DNA from: Ascidiella aspersa
Lineage: Eukaryota
NCBI GenBank assembly: GCA_963924565.1
Contig: OZ004607.1
Coordinates: 14,384,001 to 14,448,000 of the forward strand
Reading direction: 5' to 3'
DNA length: 64,000 nt
Shown here: positions 13,722 through 25,050 of the stretch, piece by piece
How the letters are laid out: every line of letters starts with the position of its first letter
Numbering within the stretch: the stretch's first letter is position 1
The notes under the pieces: generated by a model
The model's input: only the letters and a program-made list of their open reading frames with translations
Databases searched by the model: none
Told to the model about the DNA's origin: nothing
Program-made: the position numbers and the translations under genes

Positions 13722-16700
13722 TAAGACTCAGCAGTATTAGTAGCCTGCGTCAGCTTGTAAAGTCAAAAAAACTATTGCACTTTAAAAAACGTTGGACTCT
13801 AATGAAGAATGGAAAAAAATGATTAGGATATTTTAGTTTAACGCTTACTGTAAAACGTACTCACAAGGCGTTGTTGGATACTTTTTGTGTTGCAACTTAC
13901 ACTTTTGACAACTCAAGCGATTTTTGACGAAACGTAGCAGTTTGTACTATTTATTATGTTTTATCTTTTTCGCCAATTTATCCCTGTGCACTTGCATTTA
14001 GCTGTTTATACTAGTGTAGGGTCATCACAAATGCAAACCAATTTAAAGGTTTTAGCACCCTAACTTGAAACGGGTCTCAAAACATGGGCAATTATGTTGA
14101 TCCAAGACTAGAGTTGGCAGTTATTGCATCAGGTAATTCCATATTTCGCTTTTAACCTATTTTTTGTTCTGATGAACTATTTTCAACCATTAATTTTGCC
14201 TGACAGTAATACCGTTTGGTTTTGCAAGAGTGTTTTATTTGGTAAAAGCCATTTTTGAGCTTAAATCAATTTTTGTTTGAAAAATAATACAAGTTTTTTA
14301 AAGTGTTTTCTAATTTGAAAGCAACAAGACTGTTGTATTTTTAACAAGATGATGGTATTTCTAAGTTTAACTATAAGTGCTTTCCTACTTAAATTTAAAT
14401 GTATTGTTTCACGCTTTTAGTTTTGTACGTGCTGTAGGCCTATCACTTCGTTGCTATAAGTTCCATAATAAAATACAGTGGTTTTTAAACGGTCGTTGCC
14501 AGTTGGGTTTATTTGAGGTTGATTTGTGAATAACGAATGTAGAAAACGGAGATGTTTTATCAGATTCGGCCGATTAGTCAAAAGTTGTCCAAATTATAGA
14601 AATATGAATGTGGTGAACAAAGTCCAATATAATAGTAATGAATTCTGCGAATGCCTGCCAGCTATTATCTTTGCAGTATTCCACGTAATTCACGTTTAAC
14701 GTTGGCAAACAAAACTGAACTTCATCTACACAATGAATACCTAAGTGGTATAATAGCCATGACAGGGGACTTACGAAAGGAACATCTTAGTTAACTTTTT
14801 TTAAAACTACGTATCATTAAAACTAAAAGCTATATAATGTGTAGTTTTAAAAATAATATTGTTGAAGTTCAGTTACTGAAAGCTGCATAACTTAGGGATT
14901 ACTGAAAAGGGTTGTTTGAAAGCACCTTGTTGTGCACCATGTTTGTTGGTTTGCAGATTATGACGATAATTCATTCAAAGTTGAGGTGCTTCTGTCGTTA
15001 TAATTTACCAAAGGTTGCACATAAGAAAATTCAAAAAAGGGGGTAATTGTGCAGTTCTAAATATGTTAAAAATCTGGCGTTTGACAATCAAAAAGAAAAA
15101 CTCTTTATTAAACAAGGCTGTGTGGATTTACCGTCTTGTTAAGGCCTTTACCCTTTATTCTGCCAGGCAAAAAATGATGGCTGACGCAAACATAAAACGA
15201 AAATAAGCAAGGGTTTAGAAACTTTCGAATATATCAAACAAATTTACTGCGTGATGAGCGGACTGACTATACTATACTATGACTGTTTTTAAGCTTTCGC
15301 AAAACCCCTCTTTACAAGTTTGAAGAATTACAAGTTATTTTACTTGCAAGGGTAAAACATATAAATGGGCGATTGATGCCAACCTATTAGAATTAGATGG
15401 ATCAGGTGTCGATTCTCGGAATTTGAAAATTGCATTGTAACTAGAAAGTTTACAGAAGAAGAATATTTACTATTATATGTTTCCATGCCAACGGTAATAA
15501 ATTAAATTGGATCGCTTCAACTTTTTTATTCGAGTTTTCAGATGTCCCACTGTGCATTGATTAGTTTGATTTTGTTATGGTTTAGTTACATAACAAAAAC
15601 ATAATGATTAAGATCAAACTTAATCCCAAGCTATTCGCAGGATTGGCCAAAAATATTGCTGTGGTTTTACATCGACAAGAATAAATTTCAGTGTCGCAAT
15701 CAGTCATGGTTCATACCAATACTGAAACTGCTTTAAAACGTTTGAAATATAGCTTTACGTGACTTTGGTAACGAGGTTTAATTAGGGCAGACAGAAATTT
15801 GGCGAGAGTCGATAGGGATCGCCAAACTTTTAGCGGCTAATAGGCCACTTGGCGATGACGATACAACTGAAAGATATTTGTAGAAAATTTGTTGTTCTAC
15901 CTTTCTATCTGTTTTCACAATGCCTCTAAATTTCGAAACCCGACGTTTGTAGATACATTAGATCGAATCTGGAACACGCGCATCAACTTACGATATCTAG
16001 TAATCACAACTTTGTACTGTAACGCAATAATTTACTCGTCGATGCAAGTTAAATCGTTGTGTACAGCGACCACGTATATATTTCTGTTACATAAGAGAAC
16101 AATCTTACAAAGTAAACTCATATCTGAACACAAGTCTATTAACAACTTTTATTTCAAATACGGCCTTTTGCAAAAACAAAAAAAGGTTGTGCTATTATCT
16201 TTACCCTGCCCTAAAATAATCAATAGACCACCCTTCAATATGTAAAATACATAAAATGTTAGACACATTTAATTGCTTTATTTGTTTAAATCGTTAAGAA
16301 ATACGTGTCGAGTAAACATCTTTAACCCTTTTTTTGTGATATTTGTAATTGTGTTTTTGTGTCATAAACGAAATATTCGTGCATACATTACTATTCAACT
16401 GCACGTTCTGCATTGCTGAATTTTTTTTTGCCCATAAAATTCCGCGTATCGTCCTCGTTTGACTTGTCAATCATAAAAAGGCCGACAAGAGCCAACGCAG
16501 CGAAATTCTCAGCAGCTGTTTGTCGTTAAACGATATTTTCCCAGCAACAAAATAGTCGCCACTCATCGCCTTCACAAACACATTCTTGGATTCTGAGTAT
16601 TTGTCACCAGTCGAGAAAATCTTTCTATTCTTTACGTTTGGGCGTGAACCCAAAATAGGCGTTTTGCTATCAGTGACGTCAATCATAAAAAAGGAGACCG

Positions 16701-18064
16701 TGAATATGTAGTGTGCATCAATATTTGGCGACTTGGTTTGCTTCAGTGACAAACATGGAGAGTAAAATTTTGTCGAGGAGTTGTGACTATCCTTTAAAAC
16801 AGTTATAAAAGTATCAACAGCAAGCTAAAATATATTAAATTTTAAATGACAATAAATGTAAGAATTAATCCTATAATATTGCCCCACTATTTACCGATTA
16901 CTAAATTATTGTTTAAATGGCTATATTAAAGCTGTGATAGACAAAGGATAACAAAATAAGTTAGTTTCGAGTTAAGGACTATTTGAAATCTTACAATATA
17001 ATATTGTGGGTAAAATTAAATTTTAAGCCGACAAAATGCGATTTACTGGTTTAGCAATCATAACCCTGAAGGAAAAGCTTTAAACTGTAAATCCATATTC
17101 TTCTGTAAATCTATATTTCGTTGCCTCATGCTACTTTGTTGAATTAAATTCTGTTCGGACATCCTAATTTAATTTGCTCTGAATCTCTTCTTTTATTTAA
17201 CGCTGTACATGACTTTTTGTTAGCTTCTTGTATATTTTGATGTAAATTCTTCTATAGTGTCCAATAATGAGTCATTACGTGTTGTTCCTTAAAATCGTTT
17301 GTTCTTCGTTATAATGGTGTCGCGACAAAAGGGGTTCTTCAGTCGTAAGACTGCCACCTGATTGTCGTTAAATCAAAAAAAAAATGTAAATTTAGTCGTT
17401 AATTACTGAGTTGTGAGTCGTTAATTTAGTGAGTTTCTTTGGTTTAATATATCTGCTTTGATTAAGACTTGTGTAGGCCTACACGAATTTGTGTTTGTCT
17501 TTCAAAGCTAAAATGCTGATGGCTTTACTGTACTTGCATAATCAAACTGCGCGCACAACGGCGTGTAAGTTGCATAAGCATCTCAAAATCTTGAATGGCA
17601 TGCTGTTACAGTGGTCTATTATATCGTAGTATACAGTAACAACAGCACGGCAAATAACACACTGACAAATTGACGTCACACAATGTTGACACATCAATAC
17701 AGATAATTCGGCAAGACGGATAGCTCAGATAAGGTCTCAAACTACAACCCTTTCAGGTGCAGTTCAGGAAATTAGCGAAAAAAGGTGCAATAAATAAGAA
17801 AAGTGAAACTTAAAAAAAAATGAACATGCAACTGTACGAACAAATAATTAGGATGTGCAAAAATATAAAAGAATACTTCTCATGTTGAAGCAGTCTAGTT
17901 GTAAATAAACAAGACTGCAGAGTTAAGCGGCAGGTGCAAAACGATTTAACCACGAGGCGGCAGTGTGGTGCTTAGTACGCATTTTCTTTAGCGGAAACAA
18001 TTTTTGAAGACAACACCGTGGTAACAAGAAAGATACAAAAACGCAAGCGTATCGACTTGCTTTA

Positions 18065-20220
18065 TTACGTTCGAATGCTATTTACGTGAGCACACGCTTG
18101 CTTGACCTGGCCGTCAATTTCGTATAAATCGTGAAGCATTCGCCGCTCGCTTAAATGTACTTGTGTATACGCAAAATAATCGTTGTTAAGATCGCAGCTG
18201 TCGTCGAAAGGTCTGTACAGCCGATTCATCTGCAAAATAAAGTAACCAGTTAAGTTTCAAGCTTTGACCTTTTTAAAATTATATGTATAATATACATCCA
18301 AAAAAAGCTTAAATGCAGCAATTGGAGAGCGGGTTGACATAAAAGGTTTTTTCGCCGAATGATTTCAGTTTGCGTTTTTCTGACTCATAGTACCTAAAAT
18401 TTTGATACATATAATCTGTGGCGCAAGTCAATTTACTCTGATTTATTCTCGTACTAAGAACAACGAAAGATGCTCACCTCTTGCTGTAAGACGTTGGTGA
18501 TGGAGTGAAGGGAAACGGCGACGTCCGACCGATTGTCGGCGAAAATGTGCGGTGTCGCTCGCACGTAGCAGAGCATGTCGCGGTACTTTGCCAGCACGTG
18601 CGAGATGATGTCTCCCCAGGTACGTTGCGAATTGACGCGCGATATTGCCGTTCTTTTACGCATTCTCTCGTGCCCTTCGCTCTGTAAATGAAGAAGCGAC
18701 GTTAAAGCAATGCTTTGACCATCATGCCCAGTTTGGGGTGCGCTACGTATGGTTGTAGCATTACAAAACGTGTGTACGCTGAGTGGCTAACGATTTAAAC
18801 TTACCGCCATTCTGAAGGTGTGGTGATTCAGATGCGCCAACTTTTGCACAATGACCTCGCAGGAAGCCGTAGAGCGCTTTGTTTTAAGACCGGCCAATCG
18901 CTGGCCGAACGTTAATCTTGAAAGTGAACTTTTTCCTTCCTCCTGCTTCCAACCGTTGCTGTCCAGGTCGCGAAAGAGTGCAACTGGTAATCTTTGCACG
19001 TCCTCAGATTGTTGCGCATTGGGTAGAAAGAGGTTGATGTGTTTCAAAGGTATAGCCCGCGACGTTACGATATTGATAGTAAGGATCACAGAAACTGAAA
19101 ATAAAAACAAAGGAAAAATGGTTATTATACGGTTTTACAAGTTAAAAGTTTAATTAGGAAAATTCTTAAATCCGATTAATTATTCGGAATTATGCCATGC
19201 ACGACAACAAAACGCAATTCCTGTCAGCGTGAGATGTTTGCTCTATCTAACCTGTACGGACTACTGCCAAACCCATTACTGAAATGTCAGTCAGCGAACA
19301 AGCCGCTTGGCCTAATGATATGATTTATTCGTGTGTGATTACCGAGATCATGCGGCTGATAAGGAAGCAGGCGACCCTCCCTTAGAGTGCATCCCGGCGC
19401 TTAAACTTTCATCTGGCTTGCAAGTAATTAGGAATGGCGCTACAGTCGTATATCTGTCTTCCGACAGCGGTATCCACACCCATATCGTTGACAGTGTTCA
19501 AAAAGTTCACAACCTTTGTGTTTCATAACATGCGATCGCGTGACGTGCCACCTTGGCGCACAATTCTGCTGTTCCTCGCCTCGCTTTCTTTGGTCGTTGA
19601 GTCACGATCGCAGGATTACGGCGACGGGTTAGTTTATCAAACGTCAATCTACTTCTAACACAGGTTTTCGCACATTCGTCTCGCAAAGATTGCGCACGAA
19701 ATCCGATACATCATAATTATTTTTAACGGCAATGAAAGCCCAATTTAGGTGAGCCACTAATGCCAGAATCATTGGGCAGCCTTAATGAGCGCGAACGATT
19801 AATGTTCCAGGAACTGGTTTTATATTGAAATCAAACATCACGTTTTTGCTCAAATAATGTAATCTACAATAACAACCCTAGGCCTAACTGAATTTTACGA
19901 CACCACTAATGTGTTACGCTTCCAAGAAATCGAAACCCGTTCAAATGACACGTTTCAAACTCGAAATTACAGTTAAGCATTTTGGGTGCCTCACCTATTT
20001 TGAAGAAAATCGGTGTCCCGCTGATGAAACTCCGCATGTTTTGAAGTAATAAAGTCGGCCCTTGCAAAGTCTTTTGAGTGTCACAGTGTTGAAGCGCTTC
20101 CGTTGATACACGTTTTGTTTCCTTTGCTACTTTTTTGCCTTTTTGTTTTTCTTCTTTATTGTCCAACATTTGGGAGGATTTCGGTGACATTTTGTATCGG
20201 CAACTGCTTGGAATTTTCAT
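18065..20220 (-). CDS. Orphan secreted/furin-processed protein; candidate IL-6/IL-11/G-CSF-like four-helix-bundle cytokine precursor
   Basis: Exons 19995-20220 (alternative Met at 20037), optional 27-nt exon 19252-19278 (Met at 19276), 18805-19094, 18478-18681, 18065-18229. All are GT-AG with phases 1,(1),0,0. Hydrophobic segment IFFKIVSVILTINIVTS, prodomain, KTKR/S cleavage site and a 145-aa amphipathic helical domain with 4 Cys. The gene model is well supported; the family call is inference. Confidence 0.8.
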
Positions 20221-22174
20221 AGTTTTGCTGTAGGTATGATGTTGAAATTGCGAGTCAGCTAATATGGAGCAAAACACTCTTTTGTTTAAACTCGACGCCG
20301 AAGCAGATTTGTCTATTAAGCAGCTGCAAAATTCTTATTACAAAGTTTTTCTTTGTTATGATCTGTAAAAAACAAACATCAAGTTACACTTTTTACCACT
20401 TAAATAATTTCGTTGCTGAGCTTGCTATTCGTTGAAGTTTGCGGCGTTTCCGCGAATACGAAATTCCTCTTCTCCAAGTCAACAGATTACGCTACATGTC
20501 GCATCCTACTGTCGGTTAATGGATAGGCTACGCTTCCATTGCCGCACAACGTGTGACACGGCTAAAGGCAGAAATCGAAGTTTTATATTAGCGAAAAAAA
20601 GTCGTCGGCTCTTGTTTTGCGAAGGTTACGAAACTTGCGCATCTACCGAAGTTACATAACACTTGCCCGTAGCTAAATAACGCTACATTTTTCAGTTCGC
20701 CGCACGACAGGCAGGTAGATACATATCGCTTGTATCGAGGTCGTCTCAGCTGACCAGTACGCCATTACATATTCATTAAGGACCGGTCTTGAGTATTTAT
20801 AAAGATCTTCGTCAGATGATTTTTCTGCCGGCGAACATTTTCTTTTTTCTGGTTCTGCCGGTTCAAGGATACAACGGGATTTTTCAAAGGGGGATTATAC
20901 TATTTTAAGTGGCACGTGCCCTTCGGTCTTGAAGCCACATATCGTGCCTGTGATTCTTCATTGTCATTGACCATGATTGCGCATTTGACAAAAATTCGTT
21001 CTTTTAAGATGTGAACTCTGCGCTCGGGTTCAACAAGTCGATAAAATATTGTATATGCTGTAGTTGGTTAATTACAATTACCAGGAAAAGTTATTATTAT
21101 CATTTCGTGATAGCAACGGTATATATATTGTATGCGGTGTTTATCAACAACTATCCTCATTAACTTTAATCTACAAACTTTTGTGGGAAAATGATTGTAT
21201 AAATAAAATATGTGAAAATGGCAAGTCCTTCGTCAAGATGACAGTAATCTGCAATTTACAAAAAAACATTTCGTGAACTGCTGGACACGGGCTGGCCCAT
21301 ACTTTTCTGATAATTCGATTTATACTTTGCTAGACTTACATCTTCTCAAAACCTTGTCAAATATGTATGTCGTTCAAAATCGTATTTCTTACCTTTCGGT
21401 GTTAAAATAGTAGTAAATAAATATTGCTTACTTTTTTGAGAAAAACAACCTGCAAAATCTTCTTCTACAAGTTTAAATTTAACGTTTACTTTACTTAAAA
21501 AACATTTATACAAACTTAATAAATAAACCCAATAATTTCAACCTTTATTTACTCCTGTAATACGCTACTCTTCATTTGTTTTCTTTTTGCAGTGGCATGT
21601 CAAATATTTCAGTTGAGTGAACGTATTTCATGACGTCATCTTGACTCGTTTGTTTACTAACAGTTTGAGTCCACACGTTGCAGCACAAACAAGCAAACAC
21701 TTACAAAAATCAGGTGGGTTGAGATGGGCTGTATGTAGTTAACAAAAGTTATATGCTTTTAGTGTAAGCTTTCTATGTATTTCAATGTGTAAGCTTTCTA
21801 TGTATTTCAATAAATTTACTGACTATTTTATAACATTTACCGTTAAAGGATGAGTTCGATTTTTAAAGGGTTTCATTGCAGTGAATTTCTCAGAAGCTAC
21901 TACTGAGTTTTAAGTGGATGCAATTGCTAAGTAATTTTTTGTTTAAAACCGGATACAAGAGTAGCAAGGGATGCTTGACCTCAGGTTGGGAGAATGTGGA
22001 ACGAATAATTGATCGCGGCCTAAATGTAATTCAGCGTTCGGTATGGATGCAAACGATCGGGCGATATAAAGGTCATGGCACCTCGAGCAACCCAAACAGG
22101 AATTTCAGTTTACGTCGCAGTTAACGCGCCTTATTGTAAAACTAGAGCAAAGCTTGTAGAGCGCATTCTCTGAA
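19805..22174. promoter_or_regulatory. Cluster of STAT/GAS motifs, TATA box, kB-like and CRE sites around the 5' end of the cytokine-like gene
   Basis: TTCCAGGAA 19805-19813, TTCCAAGAA 19920-19928, TTCCGCGAA 20448-20456, TTCTCAGAA 21887-21895, TTCTCTGAA 22166-22174. Minus-strand TATAAATA 20794-20801. GGGATTTTTC 20876-20885. TGACGTCA 21631-21638. Confidence 0.45.
21762..21811. repeat. Tandem duplication, 25 bp x2
   Basis: GTGTAAGCTTTCTATGTATTTCAAT twice. Confidence 0.9.
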
Positions 22175-25016
22175 TACATACATCAACAACGATACAGCCG
22201 ATAAGCTAACGCGTCGCCGATGTTTCAAGGAAAGAAGAGGTAACCGGCTGGCTGGTGTGGTGTCTAAACGTCCATCACGACGCCTCGTATAATCTCTGTA
22301 ACGAATTGCATCGCGGTTTACAATGCGTTGCGCTAAAGGGACAGAATTTTAAAGGTAAACAAGGCAATTTAAAAGCAAACTTCAACCTCCTGGTGAGTTG
22401 AAGTTTCGAAGACCATTTTTGAATAACAGATTTTTGTTTATTTTAGGATTGAGCGTGAACTTTCAATCTCACAGTTTAGAACAGTCTTGCTTAGATACAT
22501 TTAATTAATAAAAAAGCCTGATAAGCTTGGATGTCATTAAGGGGATCAAGTGAATAGCATTACGGCATTTTTTGTGTGACGCGTAATAACTAATAGGCAA
22601 TTAAACGGTCAAGATAGACTTGGCCCCTGTTTTACCGGAGAATTGCGTCACTCTATTTTAGTTATATAAGACCATAACAATTCAGGTATTGTAAGTTGTT
22701 ATTACACAGCGGAATTACACCCCGGTGCGGGCGACATCGCTGTCGTTCTGACAACGTTGCCGCCTTAAACAATCGATCTGTGACGGTCCAAACTGGGTTT
22801 GGCAGCAGTTAATGTGGCATGTATAAATATGGTTCGCAGAACTGCGTGACGCGAGCCGGAAAATATCTATTATTTATCATCTTGTTTTGTAACATTCCCG
22901 TCTGTAAATGTCATCGCAGTCTCAAAAGGCAAATTTAATGTTTCGTGACCTGATAGGTCGGACCTCAGTTTAAAATGGCTGATCAACTAGCTCAAATTCG
23001 CCGGGTATGTTCGGGAACCTTTCTGTTTCCGCTCCTACAAATTTCGCGTATCGCCCAAACTGAAGACACGTAGTTGGTGGTGTGCTACATAATGTGGTGC
23101 AGACACGGCTGTTAAGCGCAAACAATCACAATACAAATCGCCCCCCAACTGTAGACCAAAGAAATGCGCGAAATTTAATTCGACAGACGGCGAGACAGCG
23201 ATTATCATCTCAAACCATGCCTGACGTGATTTAAGCAATCAACATGATCTTGTTTCCTAGGCACGATATCGCCTCGGAAATATGTTTTTTTAATAATTAA
23301 TCTACGTACAAGCGCTTAATTATGCTTTCTCATGGGAAAAGTCGTCGTCGTCTAGCAAATAAAATCAAATTTGTATACGACATGTTAGAAAAATGAGCTA
23401 TTTTTTAGGCGTGTTACCGACAAACAAAATGGCGTTTCCAGATAAATTTGTGTAAAGCACTGAATTTTAATTACAAGTTTCAGTTTTCTTTGGTTGTTTA
23501 GATCTTAACAAAAATGCAACATTTTACTACATTGTGTACAAAAGTTTAGTGTTCTGTAGTGTAAATACATTCACGTGTAGGGTGCGGTCTTAATTTACAT
23601 TTCTTGGTTAGATTTAAATTTATTTTTTTCAGTTAGTCCTATCTAGGTTTTTATTACACACAAATCACCTAAGTGTTTTGAATTACTTTTTTCATACTTA
23701 ATGCCGTAGTTTTTCAATTGGTACCACATCATCGTCTGACAACTTTCCATTTTTACCTTGATGCCACAAAAGTTTCGACACATTTTCCAATGTAACCGAC
23801 GTTTGGAAAAACAGTTTTACAAAATTCGTCTTTTACAAAATAACACAAAAAAATGTCCCTGGGATATATTTGACATGTATTTTTTTATTTCACATCGATT
23901 ATTTTGTTCGCTTTTATGAATCTGATGCTACAAAAAGTTTTGGCTTTGTTATAGGTAAACCAACATCACGGTTAACATTGCAATATTAAAAAAGGTTCAA
24001 CATAAACAAATATTCGGGTTAACAAATTTCGGTCGTTCGTAAAATAAAATTGACATAATTTCTTTAAAAGTTAACATAATATCTTAAAAAGAATTTTTAA
24101 ATAATGTTTTTCATGAGTTGAAGGCAAATTTTCCAGATATATATGTATTGTTTGTTCAATTGACATACAGAAAACTTCGGGCCAAGTGTTCTAAATAAAG
24201 TTTGATTTAATTTAATCAATATCTTTCAAGGTATTTTTATCTATCCACCAAAATACTTATGTATAGGTATGGTAAATTTTGAATGTATCCAACAAACACC
24301 AGTTTAAGCGTATGGGTTAATTTTTAAAACATTCCTTTCATTTCTAAAAAGTCACTGGAAGAAATACAAGTAACAAATATCATATAAGGGTTAAATATCT
24401 AAACGAACGAGTAAAAAGTGACTATACCCTATGGCTTGAGGTTGAGGGGTTGAGGGTTTTTTAATCATATAAAAAAAAAATCAAAGCGAAAATGCAGCGG
24501 TTTTAGTTTGTAAAAAAATATTGTATCAACTCTTGAGCGACGTGTTTGATACAGCCCACCAACGCAGGGCTTTTTTATTTCACTCAGCTTTGCTTAGACA
24601 CAAGCATTTGTGCACAGATGAATCGGAGGTCGGCACGACTTTTTCGGATTAGCCGAGAATGAAAAGTTCGCCAACTAAATATTCGTTTGAACATTTCCAA
24701 GCGTAAGATTGGTGTTATTTAGACATACGCCTTAGCATCGTCGGAAAGACGATTTTAAAATGTCGTTCAATGTCGAACCGCACGCACATACAGGAACGCC
24801 AAACCGTCAACACACTTGAGATTTCGTGGTCCGGACGTTATTTTTGCGTCAATGGATTTAAGGTGATTTTCTGTCGTCTTATAGTGATTTGCACGTGCAA
24901 CTTTCTTGTGGTATCACGCCACATTCGGAAATATCTAGGTAAAACGTCGCTTCTGGTTGCGTTAGTGTGACGCAATGATCCCGATTGGTCAGTGTGATTT
25001 GACACTTTGGGTCTAT

Positions 25017-25050
25017 CACGATAGGTCGTTAAGCACGATAGGTCGTTAAG
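25017..25050. repeat. Tandem duplication, 17 bp x2
   Basis: CACGATAGGTCGTTAAG twice. Confidence 0.9.
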
